A model generated the notes under the pieces. The model was not told the DNA's origin. It searched no databases and saw only the letters and a list, made by a program, of their open reading frames with translations. Position numbers and translations under genes: made by a program. From Octopus sinensis (lineage: Eukaryota), in NCBI RefSeq assembly GCF_006345805.1, contig NC_042997.1, positions 107,322,001 to 107,386,000 of the forward strand: 64,000 nucleotides of DNA, written 5' to 3'. Below are positions 1-11,955 of this stretch, piece after piece; within the stretch, counting starts at the first letter, position 1, and each line of letters opens with the position of its first letter.

Positions 1-1231
1 TGCATTTGAAATACCCAAGATATTTTGAGTCAAACATCAATTTTAGGTGTTACCAAGTTTTTGGCTACATAAAGCTGCATAACTTTTTTCAATCTAATAT
101 CTTTTAATGGGGTTTTCCCCAAAAGCTTCTACTCAAGTTCTTTTAAAAATATATAATTAAAGCATAATTTGATTTTCAAATAACTAAGAAATTATGAATT
201 AAAGTAAATATCAGACATTACTCTCACATTTTTGGCCCTACACTTTCTATTATAACTTTTTTTCTACTGAACCAAATTTCTATTATTTTATGTGAAAATG
301 TAGCTTACCAATGGTCCATTGTAGTGCAAAAAAAATGAATTAAGATTGAGTTAAAACTGAATTTTGGTAAAGTGTCAAATTGGCCACAAGTGAGCAAAAG
401 CTGATCTTAAGAATATTATTCACACACTACCATGTGAATGATATCTATGCGTGTGTGATATGTGTGAATGATATAGGTGTGCGTGTGTGTGTGTCTGTGT
501 GTGTAAAATGTAAAACTCAACTGTAATCTGGAGCAAATTGATGTATGAGAAGAAATTGTTATTCGTAAAGAATATACATTGAATATTCAAATTTATTTGT
601 GGCAATTAATTCTACAAATATCTCAATGATTAATATAGTCTACTTGTTACGAAAAAGTAATGAATTCATAATTATTACAAGATCCATTCAGGTAAAAGGA
701 CTTCTCAGAAAATAGTGAGGTGTTGATTTGGGAAAAGTCCAACAAAATCAGCATCTGAACGAAATTCCTAGACAGCATTGCTGAAAATAAAGAAAAGGTA
801 GCAAATGTATGCAATATTATTGAAAGTAACTACCACTCTGATATAAATTTTCTCAGTCTACTCAACAAGAGCAGAAGCAGGTTGAAGGCTTCAAGATCTA
901 TCAAACTGTAAAACAAAAGCTTTTGATGAAAAAAGGCAGAAAACTGGCTTCAAGTCAACACGAGAGATTCTCTCCGTCACTTGTGTTCTCCTTGCTTCCT
1001 TCAGTCCTGGAAATGTAAGGTTCTGTGCTCTCGGGTGAGTGTGAAAGGAAGTCAATGTAGTGATTCCCCTGTGAGAAACTATAATTTGTCATAAAAACCT
1101 GCATGTGATACTAAATAAATAAAAAGCCCTCTGTGTGTGTGTGTGTGTGTGTGTATTCCATGCTGTAAGGTGTTTAGTGTATATAACACATTATATATAT
1201 CCATTAAGTGGTTGATATTGAGTAGACTCAG

Positions 1232-1861
1232 TCAGCTCTGTTTGAATATATACAACATATAGACAGTAACTTGAATGCTTATGAGCAGTCCACAGGCCCA
1301 GTAAGTTGGATAAGCAAAGACATTCTGTTTCAATCTGGTGAATATATAATGTCCAATGGTAGCAATTATATGATGTTTCAAGGCAACAGATAAATGCTGT
1401 CTGAGACCAGCACATAAGTGAGGTATTGTGTAAGGAAACAGAAGGTGTCTGATGCTGGTAAATGCATGAGATATCACAGAAGTAAATGTAAGATGTCCTG
1501 TGCTAGCAAATATATGAGGTTTCACGGCAGGTACTATATGCAGTTGGTTAACAGGAAATATATGATATCTCATGGCACACAATAACTGATCTCTTGTAAC
1601 AATAACGATGTGATGTTTTGTAACAACAAGTATATGATGTTTCAGCACAGAAAATATGCTATCTTTGATGTAACCAAATATATAATGTCTTGTGCCATCT
1701 AATACATAATGTTTGTTCATTTCTGCTAATATAAAATGCCTCATGCAAGCAAATACATGCCGTTTGTTGATGCCAGCTAATAATATAGAATGTGTTTTGC
1801 CAGCAATTGCCCAATGACTTCTCCTGACAAAAACAATGATGTCATACAGCAGCAAATACAT
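1232..1861 (-). CDS. Putative 209-aa ORF built from about 19 degenerate 8-aa (24-nt) His-rich repeats; unknown product
   Basis: Peptide parses as KHYVLDGT/RHYIFGYI/KDSIFSVL/KHHILVVT/KHHIVIVT/RDQLLCAM/RYHIFPVN...; no stop in 630 nt of AT-rich DNA; could alternatively be an old minisatellite. Confidence 0.35.
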   Translation of the reverse strand: MYLLLYDIIVFVRRSHWAIAGKTHSILLAGINKRHVFACMRHFILAEMNKHYVLDGTRHYIFGYIKDSIFSVLKHHILVVTKHHIVIVTRDQLLCAMRYHIFPVNQLHIVPAVKPHIFASTGHLTFTSVISHAFTSIRHLLFPYTIPHLCAGLRQHLSVALKHHIIATIGHYIFTRLKQNVFAYPTYWACGLLISIQVTVYMLYIFKQS

Positions 1862-1985
1862 GTGATGTCATATTGTAGAGATTTACTTTGTGTTTTATAG
1901 ATTAGCATTTAGAGATGCCTTCTCCCCACACTTCTTCATTGCAGAACATACTGTTTGGAAACGGAAGATATTCAAATATGTGAAA

Positions 1986-2525
1986 CTAGCTCAAAGGCCA
2001 CTCTTTACGGCAGTTTTAAGCTAGTATAAAGCTTTTAAGCAACTGACCCCGAATGGGAAGATCTGCAAACAGATCTCTGGCTTGTTTTGGAGAATTTCTT
2101 GCAATTGCTTCCGTCAGAGTCATATCCCAAAGACAATCATATTCATTGCAAAAATATCATGTAAAAAAAAAAAAAAAAAAATTCACCAAAAACAATCGCA
2201 GTAATGAAAACATAGGAATCCAAAATTTCTGGATTCAGCCTGGAATCTTTTTAATTTACTCATGGATATAGCTTTAGATTATAAAAATTGTTATCATAAA
2301 AAAAATTTGCTGCAAAAAGTCACGTTAAAAATTCGCCAAAAATAATCACAGAAATGAAAATTTGGGAATCCCAAACTTCAGGATTGGGGGGTCTGGATTT
2401 GGCCCGGAATTATTTTAATTTACTCACAGAGTCAGCCTGATTTCAAAATGGTATATGTTGGGCTACAGCCTCTAGGAGTAAAGTTGAAAAAGTGTGACAC
2501 ACTGACATTCACGTTTATTGCATGA
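1986..2525 (-). mobile_element. Possible non-autonomous Helitron-like element
   Basis: ACTAG at the left end (CTAG 3' end on minus strand), internal direct repeats (2200-2270 vs 2350-2430), right-end motif GTGTGACACACTGACA recurring near 6240; terminal hairpin decayed. Confidence 0.3.
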
Positions 2526-2542
2526 TATTAAGGCGATGAGCT

Positions 2543-5500
2543 ATACTCACTAAGAGAGAGAATTCGCCGGAGAAACCTGATATCCGAACTAAAGATGAGG
2601 AAACAAATGGGAGAGAAGGGTTTACGAATCCAAGATGGACAGATAATCAAGTCCTACCTCTGATCCCATGCTGTAGTGCTGACAGGGAAAGTGATGTGAG
2701 GGCAAATCGAAGTGAAGTTATACCCCCGTCAACGATGCTATCTCTGATACCCCTTATTCTGCTTGTTCCCCAACTCCCGCCCCTCAGACTTCACAGCTTA
2801 GCATCGTCTACACCAACTCATGCTCCTTATTCCCAAAGTTCAGTGAACTATTTACACTGGCCATACGTGACTCCCCTGATGTGATAGCTATCACCGAGAC
2901 TTGGCTGACTCCAGCAGTAAAGGACTCAGAAATCCACCTGCAGGGCTACGTCCTTTTCAGATGTGACAGAGGAAAAAGGCGAGGTGGAGGTGTTGCTGTG
3001 TATGTTAAGTCTGAGCACAAACCGTCCAGCGGTATTCTACCCACTAATGCTCAGCCTACAACAAAATTCGATGCCGTCTATTGCAAGCTGGGCCTATCTG
3101 AGTTTTGCCTGCCCGTGTTGGCTGTCTACAGGCCGCCTCTTGCCGACCCCCAGGACGATGCTCATTTACTCGAAGCGATAAGATTCGTTTCAGCTTCGCA
3201 TGACTGTTTGGTACTAGGAGACTTCAACGCTCCCACGATCGATTGGCCCGCATCGATTTGTACAACATCTTCCTGGTTCGGCCAGGCCCTTCTTGACGTG
3301 GCTGAAGATTGTTTTCTATCGCAACATGTTGAATATCCGACAAGGCATCGGTCTGGGCAGCAGCCATCTATGCTAGATCTGGTATTCTCCCGCTATCCAA
3401 GATCAGTGTCAGACGTATCTGTGTGCGCCCCTCTTGCCAAGAGTGATCATGCGGTCCTGAAGTTTATCATGCACACAACTTTTTCTACGCCCACGACTAC
3501 TTCGCTGCCACGTAGAGTCTTCTCTGCAATTAATCTTGAAATTCTAACCGAGGCTTCAGCGCTTCTGGACTGGCGATCCCTGATGACGTTGTCCACAGTT
3601 GACGAGCTATGGTCATCCCTCAAAGCACATGTAATCTGTTTGACTGACCAGGCAGTTCCCGTTGGGCTTCCCAAGAGGAAGAAACACAAGCCCTGGGTGA
3701 CGAAGAGGATTAAACGAGAACGTCGACTCAGAGATATTGCTTGGGCTGAATTCAAAAATCTGGATTCAACTGCAGCTTTTGAGGTGTACAAAACTCAACA
3801 AGACCGAGCCGTGAAAATCGAAAAGAAAGAACGCTTCAGTTATGAATACAAAATCGCGGCAAATGCCAGTAGCAATCCAAAAACCTTCTTTGCCCATGTC
3901 CAGCGGAATTCCCGCTTGAACAACCAGATTGCAACGTTGGTAGACTCAACAGGCGTATCGATTGAGGACCCTTATCAATAGAGTCAATTATTTGCCGAGG
4001 CTTTTTCAACTATTTTCAAACAAGATGATGGTCGTGAACCCCCTCCATTTGATAGATTGGTACCTCCAATGCTTCGATTGGTCATCACGTGGGACAAAGT
4101 CAAACGTGTTATTCAAGGCCTCGATGACAACAAGGGTCAAGGCTCTGACGGCATACACCCACGGGTTATCAAAGCATTGGCTCCGGTCATCTGCGAGCCC
4201 TTAACACGACTATTCAGTATGTCATTGGCGACGGGTGTTATACCTGCAGACTGGAGAACAGCGATAATCTGCCCAATTTTCAAGAAAGGGAGCCGCAAAG
4301 ACCCGCTTAACTACCGACCGGTTTCCCTTACATCAATAATCAGCAAGATGTTCGAAACCATCCTTAAGAAAAGTATGATGCTCCACCTCCTAAACACAGC
4401 CTCTATCTCTGATTCCCAACATGGCTTCGTGCCGAAGAGATCATGCTTGACCAACTTACTAGTAATGGAAGAATTGGTGGCACGCATCCTTGATGATAGT
4501 GATGCTGTTGACATCGTTTTACTGGACTTTGCCAAAGCTTTTGACTCGGTAAACCACCGCCTATTACTTGTCAAGCTTCAAGCATATAGTTTCCATCCGG
4601 ATATTGTACGATGGGTTGGTGCCTTCCTCTCAGATCGCTCCTTCCAAGTCCAAGTTAATGGTTCGCGGTCCGACGTCTCCAGTGCGAGCAGTGGCGTGCC
4701 TCAAGGTTCAGTGCTTGGGCCCTTGTTGTTCTTAGTCTTCATAAATGACTTGCCTGACGACCTCACGCAACACACCCTTCTATTTGCCGACGATATCAAA
4801 CTGGTCGCTCCTCGCGGTAATATAGAGGATCTTCGTCGATGCCTCCACCAAATTTGGAAGTGGTCTAACGATTGGGACCTGTGTCTGAACGTGTCAAAGT
4901 GCTGTCATCTGCCTGTCGGCTCTACTCCTGCAACTCAACTTGATTTCGAGCCGGGTCGTCTGCTGCTGGAGAGGACCGATCAGGTAAAGGACCTAGGTAT
5001 CTTGGTGGATTCCTCCTTTTCGCCTTCGGCCCAGTGCGTCCATGCTGCCAACAAAGCACGCGGAATTCTGTTCTTGATTCGACGGTCATTCGGAATGCTC
5101 ACAGCAGCCATATTCCTACCACTCTATGTCACGCTGGTGAGACCCATATTGGAGTATGGGATTCAAGCCTCTTCTCCTTATCTCCTCAAAGACATACAGC
5201 ATCTCGAAAGAGTCCAGAAGCTGGCTACCCGCATGGTTCATAGTCTCAAAAATTTGTCCTACGAAGAAAGGCTGAGGACGCTCGACCTTTATTCTCTTGA
5301 AAAACGCCGCCGCCATAGTGATCTCATTCTCACCCACAACATCATAAGCGGAAAGTGTAACCTCTCGAAAGAGCTGTTCTTCACTCCTGCTCCAGAGCGT
5401 CGGCTGCGGGGTCATTCCGAAAAGCTCTACCTGCGACGATTTCATCTCAATCGAAGGAGAGGAGCTTTCTCCGTCCGGGTTGCGGATCCGTGGAACAAGC

Positions 5501-5650
5501 TGCCAGACGAGATGGTGAAGATGCTGACGACCTGGACCTCAAGTGGCCTGAACTCTTTACATGAACACCACCCTGTACTTAACTCCATGTCCCCCTACAT
5601 GGCCTTGCTATTTGCTTTTGAGCCAAATTAACTAACTAACTAACTAACTA
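2543..5650 (+). mobile_element. 5'-truncated CR1-type non-LTR retrotransposon (LINE)
   Basis: ORF1 C-terminus (2544-2663, ERIRRRNLISELKMRKQMGEKGLRIQDGQII), APE endonuclease plus RT ORF2, short 3' UTR ending in (TAAC)n, no TSD. Confidence 0.93.
2797..5631 (+). pseudogene. LINE ORF2: apurinic endonuclease plus reverse transcriptase, one in-frame TAG at 3979-3981
   Basis: APE motifs YTN, ITETWL, GGGVAVYV, GDFNAP, LDLVF, SDH; RT motifs YRPVSLTS, QHGF, LDFAKAFDSV, GVPQGSVLGP, LFADD, KDLGI; ORFs 2881-3981 and 4057-5631 are in the same frame. Confidence 0.92.
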
Positions 5651-6379
5651 ATTGTTAGCATGCCAGGCAAAATGCTTAGAGGTATTTTGAGTTCAAATTC
5701 TGTCAAGGTACCTTTGTTTTTCATCCTTTCAGGGTCACTAAAATTAGTACCAGTCAATGTAATCGACAATCCCTTCCCCCAAAACTTGAGGCCTTGTGCT
5801 TCCAATAGAAAAGATTTATTAAAGTTGAAAAACTGTGACATACTGACATATTTATTATATTAGATATGTTTAATTTGGGGGGAAACTTTATTCCAATTAA
5901 AGTGTATTTTGTGTGTGTGTAAAGCAAAAATAAAACAAAAATGAAAGTGTTCAGTATGTTGGCCACAGGAATTTCTGTCAAAGAGACATGGTTAAATAAA
6001 GTTGTAAATCATCTCTCTCTCTCTCTTATTATTACTCCCACTGCTACCACCAACATTACTACTTTTAATAAAACATCATAACTCTCCCTAAATTTCTTTC
6101 TGTCTCTTTCTCTCCCCCCTCTTTTTCTTTCTCTTGGTATCTGTCTTTACCACCCCCTCACCATCTCTATGCCTACTATTACTCTCACCTCATCATAAGA
6201 AATAGAAGTGGCACTGAATAGTGAGAGAGGGGGTCAAAGTGTGACACACTGACACACAGAAATTAGTTTTTACATTCATCATATTAGATGATAGTAATAT
6301 TACAGAAAAAGGATTTTGCTGTTGTATGAACCAGGTTAAATAGTTATTTAGAAGCTGCCTGACAGTTTCGGTAAGATTT

Positions 6380-6527
6380 AAGAAAATGTTATCCACTAAA
6401 TTTGCCATTCCAGACACAACGAACAAAAGGTGATGGCCGTTTCAGTAAAAACTAAGAAAATGTTATCCACTAAATTTGCCATTCCAGACACAACAAACAA
6501 AAGGTGATGGCCGTTTCAGTAAAAACT
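6380..6527. repeat. Tandem duplication, 2 x 74 bp
   Basis: AAGAAAATGTTATCCACTAAATTTGCC...TTTCAGTAAAAACT repeated with one mismatch. Confidence 0.9.
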
Positions 6528-6840
6528 TCAAATAAAAAACATTCTTAACATCACTTTCTTCATATTCTTTTCTTCAACGTCAACAATGTATACACTAACT
6601 CTTTAAATATCACATTCTGCTGCTATATAATATATACAACCAGTTACAAAACAGATAATGAAAATATGTTCCCAGATTGAAAGCTACCAACTAGTTTAAT
6701 GCTTGTAACATAACAGACCCAACTGGAGTAGAACAGACACTCAAAATATAGTTGTCTTGTATAATATTTAATTTAAATGTATTATATGAAAATTCTAGGT
6801 TTTATAAATTTAATTTTATTTTGATGAATATAATCTTACT

Positions 6841-7085
6841 TCATCATCATCATCGTTTAACGTCTGCTTTCCATGCTGGCATGGGTGGACGATTTGACTG
6901 AAGGCTGGCGAACCAGATGGCTGCACCAGGCTCCAATCTTGATCTGGCAGAGTTTCTACAGCTGGATACCCTTCCTAATGCCAACCACTCAGAGTGTAGT
7001 GGGTGCTTTTTACGTGCCACCAGCACAGGGGCCAGTCTGGCAGTACTGGCAACGACCTTGCTCGAATCTTTTTACACATGCCACC
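6841..7085 (-). mobile_element. RTE LINE 3' UTR/tail fragment
   Basis: Reverse complement of the CCCATGCCAGCATGGAAAGCAGACGTTAAAC(GAT)n tail shared by many copies in the window. Confidence 0.85.
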
Positions 7086-7144
7086 TCAGCAAAGGATTGA
7101 GGTTATTGAAAATTAGTGTTAAAATCAGTATAATAAATATTAAC

Positions 7145-7705
7145 AGTGTAACCAGCCCACTTATGAGTTCCCCTCATTCATTGGACAATAAACTTTGCTT
7201 GTGAAGGCCTGTTGAGGCAAGTGGAATCAAAATCGCTGACGTGGCCGATGACATTACTGCCTGATTGGCACTCATACCAGTGGAACATTAAAAGCACCAT
7301 CCGAGCATGGTAATTGCCAGGGCCGCTGATTGGCTCCTGTGCCAGTGGCACATAAAAAGCACTATTTGAGCATGGTTGTTGCCAGCATTGCCTTAATGGC
7401 ACATGAAAAACAATATTTGAGCATGGTCATTGCCAGTGCCGCCGGACTGGCTCCTGTACAGGTAGCATGTAAAAAACACCTTTTGAGCATGATTGTTGTC
7501 AGAACTGCCTGACTAGCCCTCATGCTGGTGGCACGTAAAAGCACCCACTACACTCTTGGATTGGTTGGCATTAGGAAGGGCATCCAGCTGTAGAAACTTT
7601 GCCAAATCAGATTGAGCCTGGTGCAGCCATCTGGCTCACCAGTCCTCAGTCAAACTGCCCAACCCATGCCAGCATGGAAAGCGGACGTTAAATGACGACG
7701 ATGAA
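7145..7705 (+). mobile_element. RTE LINE 3' UTR with about five ~66-bp subrepeats
   Basis: Same 3' UTR that follows RTE ORF2 at 39110-39632 and 62940-63504. Confidence 0.85.
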
Positions 7706-7959
7706 GTAAATATTAATGAAATGGCTTCAGTTCTGCAGAGTTTTTTGAAAATCCATAGAATAATAAAATTTTGCAGAAATAGGATTTCAAAGGTGCAGAT
7801 TATAATTATATAACTGATATTCAGAAAATTTTGTTTTTTACTCATTAAGGAAAGAAGTCTATATCTTCTTAACCTTTCAGTAATTGGTTAATGATCATTG
7901 AACAGCATAAAAAAACCATGACAATATCCTAATTAACATGAGTCATCAACATGAAACTG

Positions 7960-9910
7960 GAAGATAGATTATTTGTTTGAAAACAGTCTTCTCAACAACC
8001 CCTATGTTAGAGACATAGTTGCTGTTATATCTCATGAACTCGACTTTGAGAACAACAGTAAAGTTGAGAAGAAAACCACACTTGAAATGCATTTTGTTTG
8101 GTATTTATCACATTCCCATGACAAGACCTTTACCGAAAGTGAAGTGAAATCAAATGTTATTTATTAAAGAAATAAAAATTACAACATAGCAACCAAAGTA
8201 AGTTAACCAACCATCAAAGATTCATAGAGTGCAAGTCTTTAGAGAAATTAAGACATACTCTTTGTCTCCAAGTTAGGACAAGCATAATATAGCCTTTGGA
8301 AAATGGTAAAACTGCATCCATCTGTTTGGTGCCCTGTCATAAAATCTTTGAAAGTTCTTCAGAAGATAATAAAAGCAATGAAATTACAACCCTACCAAAA
8401 GGATGTAACAATACTTCAAGAGTATCTATCAGGTCATTAAGAATGGAATGTGTCCAATTTAGAACTGAAAGTTTATTTTACTTTATCTCAACAAAAAGCA
8501 ATGCAGTTAATCAAAGTATGCACCTAAATTATCAACACATTTTTGTCATTTTATCGGAAGTTTATTTATGCCAGCAGTGAAGAATTCTGGAGAGCAAGAG
8601 GTGATGAAATCATAAAAGGTTGTTTTTGCATCTTCTTCAGATTTGAAGTTTTTTCCTCGCAAAAACTTGTCTAATGCCTGGAAAGCAGGATAGTCAGTTG
8701 GTGCAAGGTCTGGTGAATATGATAGATGACAGAGTGCTTCCAAGTTCAGTTCCTGTAACATGAGTAATGTTCTTTGTGCATTGTGTGGTCAAGCATTGTC
8801 ATGCAAGAGAATTGGCCTGTCTCTGTTGACCAATCTTGGTTGTTTAATTGCAAGTTCATTCATCATTTCATCCAATTGGTTGATGCATACATCCACTGTA
8901 ATTGACTTACCAGGTCCCATGAAGCTGTAGTGGATGATACCAGCACTGGACCACCAAACAGACACCATTAGCTTTTCTTGGTGAATATTCTTTTGGGGAT
9001 TGTGTTTTGGTACTTTATCTTTATCCAGCCACCATGCAGAACACTTGCTATTGTTGAAAAGAATCCATTTTTCATCACACATAATATGATGCAAAAATGG
9101 TTCACTTTTATGCCGTGATAGCAAAGAGCAGCAAGTTTGAAGACGATGTGTCATGTGATGCTTATTCAGTTCATTTGGTACCTACCAGCTTCTTTACCTT
9201 GCCAATATGTTTCAGATGGTCCAATACAGTTAGGATTGAAACATCAAACCCTGCTGCTAACTCACACAGAGTTTGAGATGTATCCGCTTCCACTACAGTT
9301 TCCAGCTCATCATTATCCACCTTGGTCTCGAGTCTACCAAAGGGCTGATTTTCAAGAGTAAAGTCACCAGACTGGAACTTCTCAAACCAACAATGTACAG
9401 CGCTCTCATTTACCACACCTTCACCAGACACCTGCCTCGTTGATCTTTCAAGCTGTCTGGGATGCATTGGTTCCATGATGGAACTCATATTCATAAACAA
9501 CACAAATTTTTTATCTATCCATGGGTTTACAAAACTTGACTAACAAGAGCAAACTCAGAATATAATCAGACACCACGAATTGCATTTCAAAAAGTGGATG
9601 ATGTAATTTCTTCAATGTTGTAAAGCAAAGAATTAATGACTGTAAAACTTGGTGCATAAGAAAATCAGACATTTCATTCTTAATGACCTGATATTTATGA
9701 AGAGAGTGATATGGATGTGAAACTGGAAACAGCAATGGATGATACGATGACAAAATTGTAAAGCATCAAACTACAAGATCAAAAAATAGAAGCAAAAACC
9801 TATTCTGAAGACTACTGCTTTTCCCAAACTAGGAGAAACTATTCAGTTTAAACTCACAAATGATGAGGATTCAGACTGGAAGAGTTTAAAGGTAAGAAGC
9901 AGTTAGCTGT
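7960..9910 (+). pseudogene. Possible very decayed Ty1/Copia integrase C-terminal remnant, interrupted by the mariner
   Basis: Fragments such as PKLGETIQFKLTNDEDSDWKSLKV and KLGQ...LVPCH loosely resemble GalEa-type Copia pol; many stops. Confidence 0.25.
8429..9691 (-). mobile_element. Full-length defective mariner (DD34D) transposon, 1263 bp
   Basis: TIRs TCAGGTCATTAAGAATG flanked by TA on both sides; transposase pieces WFEKFQSGDFTLE, CDEKWI, LLHDNA, YSPDLAPTDY in three broken ORFs. Confidence 0.93.
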
Positions 9911-11559
9911 GGGGTCATCCGATCACAACACTACTGCAGACACTTAACAGGAAGCAACAGGCTTCACCTGACTGTATAAAAATGAAACCATGGGGCGGCA
10001 GGGCAGGATTCACTTTGGTAAGCAATGAGAAGATTTTAGTGTAAACTTGTTTATAAGTTCAATTCCACTTTTAGAGATAAAGCAACAAACCCGTCCATCT
10101 TAGCAATTCAACAGGCAACAAGACATTACTAACTACGACCCTTCAGCAACAACGTACTAATAAATCAAGCTTTATACCCGTTATATGATGCAAGGAGTCA
10201 CAGTCAACAATTTTATATCAGAACCTCCAATTCTAAACTAAAGCTGGAAGATTCAACAAATTTTAACTACAGAATAATAACTCTTGTAAGATGCTTTTCA
10301 TTTCACAACTCACCGTCTCTCTCTTTCAGTAGCAACCGATTCCTCTTGTGCCCAGTATTTCTCCAAGTACTGTGCTTGTTATACATGCATCCTGATGTTG
10401 CACATCCACTGGAGAATACTAGCTTCATTCCTCTCTGCATTCAGAGTCCATATCTCTCACTACTATGAAGTATAGCCATTTGTCAAAATTATATTGTCTT
10501 GCCTTGCACATCATTCAAGAACATAGCTTGAAGTGTATACTGTTCCACTAATTTATAATGGCCATTGAAGTAGCATTAACCATATTTCTGCTCACTGCTA
10601 AACACAATGCTGGATTCATATTTAATTCCAAGAATGATTTTTTATTTTGAAAATGTATTTAAAATGTGTTTTGAACTTAATTTAAATATTTCTATTAAAA
10701 ATCTTGTCACCCTCTAAACACAGAACACCCCTACTCCTGCACTCCCTTAAACTGTGAGCTCAGAACACCCATAAGCAGGAGCTATTTCTTAGGTTATTAA
10801 CCACTACTTTAGACCATTACTAACAGGAGGCAGGAATGGAAATTAACTTGAAATATGAATATAATCAACTTATAGACATCACTTGCCAAAAACTTAACTT
10901 TACTCCATAGTGCTTGCTAAAATATTTCAAACTATTGATCAAAGATTCATAAACTTTAATTTTAATTTGTAACACTGACAAAATGAATTTCTCTCTTTTC
11001 TCAATGACAATTATGGCTTCCATAGAACTAATGGACACCTGCTTTCTTACAGTAACCTTTCACCTTAGAGAAATTCTGTAAAAGGAATGTTATAATCCTA
11101 GGCATAAAAACTTTCAGCTTGAATAGTTCAAACAATGTCTTCAACTACAAGCAAAATTAAAAGGCTATTTCCTAATCGTCTTTTAATTTTGCTCATACCT
11201 AAAGATGTCATGTTCTTGCTTTCAAAATTAGTTTTAATTTAGCTCATAACAGCTTCTATTTTTTCTCGTAGCTTGAGACATCATGCTTCCTTTTGGCCAT
11301 TCATATGAACAAGTCCACCAAGCCAACTATGTGCTCTTTACTAAGGATTACCCATCTATTCACTCATTCAGCTATGTGCCGATAAGTTTGCTTTTTGCAC
11401 TTCTTTGCTTAATTTTCCGCTTCTTCATTTAATTCTACCCTGATGACACTAAGTAATGCATCTTAATTTAATTTACTCTAACCTTAACTCAGTCTACTTA
11501 AACCATTATTTATTGCTGGTCCCTTCTCTCCCCTTTTCTTACTGCTATGACCCCAATGT

Positions 11560-11955
11560 CTACCTTTCCCATTCTATCGCAACTCTGATTGGTTGGTATT
11601 GGTGAAATTTGTCTCTTGCTCTATCACACACCAATATGCAACCCAACCAATCGCAGCCTTCAAATAAGATCACATGTGACAGCCTGTTCTCAACTCAGTC
11701 TTGAGCCTACAACTCCTTATAAAAACCCAGCTTCTCCTCATCTCGATGTCCTTTGGTTCCAGACCTTTTTAAAGTCTAGCCACTGACCACACACAACACA
11801 GCTAGTTCCAGCAACAACACAACAACAGCCACGTTGAGACTCACCAACTTTGTCCAGCAGCATTTGGTAACCTCTATCTCTGTCGCCACCATCGTCCTAA
11901 CGTCAACATCTCTCTAAGTACACAACTCAACAAGCAACTCACCCGGGTTACAACA
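11560..11955 (+). mobile_element. Possible solo LTR
   Basis: CCAAT boxes, TATAAAA near 11718, ends GGTTACAACA; 5' boundary and TSD not identified. Confidence 0.25.

Larger units (their letters stand above)
2530..5820 (+). mobile_element. tRNA-derived SINE split by the CR1 LINE (head 2530-2542, remainder 5651-5820)
   Basis: AAGGCGATGAGCT...ATTGTTAGCATGCCAGGCAAAATGC...GAGTTCAAATTC...TTTCATCCTTTCAGGGTC rejoins to the same SINE family seen reversed at 45805-45947. Confidence 0.75.

Noticed and set aside
3979-3981. Programmed stop-codon readthrough in LINE ORF2
   Set aside because: A single C-to-T nonsense change or sequencing error is simpler, and no readthrough context is evident.
7260-7550. 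Hairpin repeats with variable linkers as a CRISPR-like array
   Set aside because: Linkers are short and homologous to each other, and the block is part of the multi-copy RTE 3' UTR.
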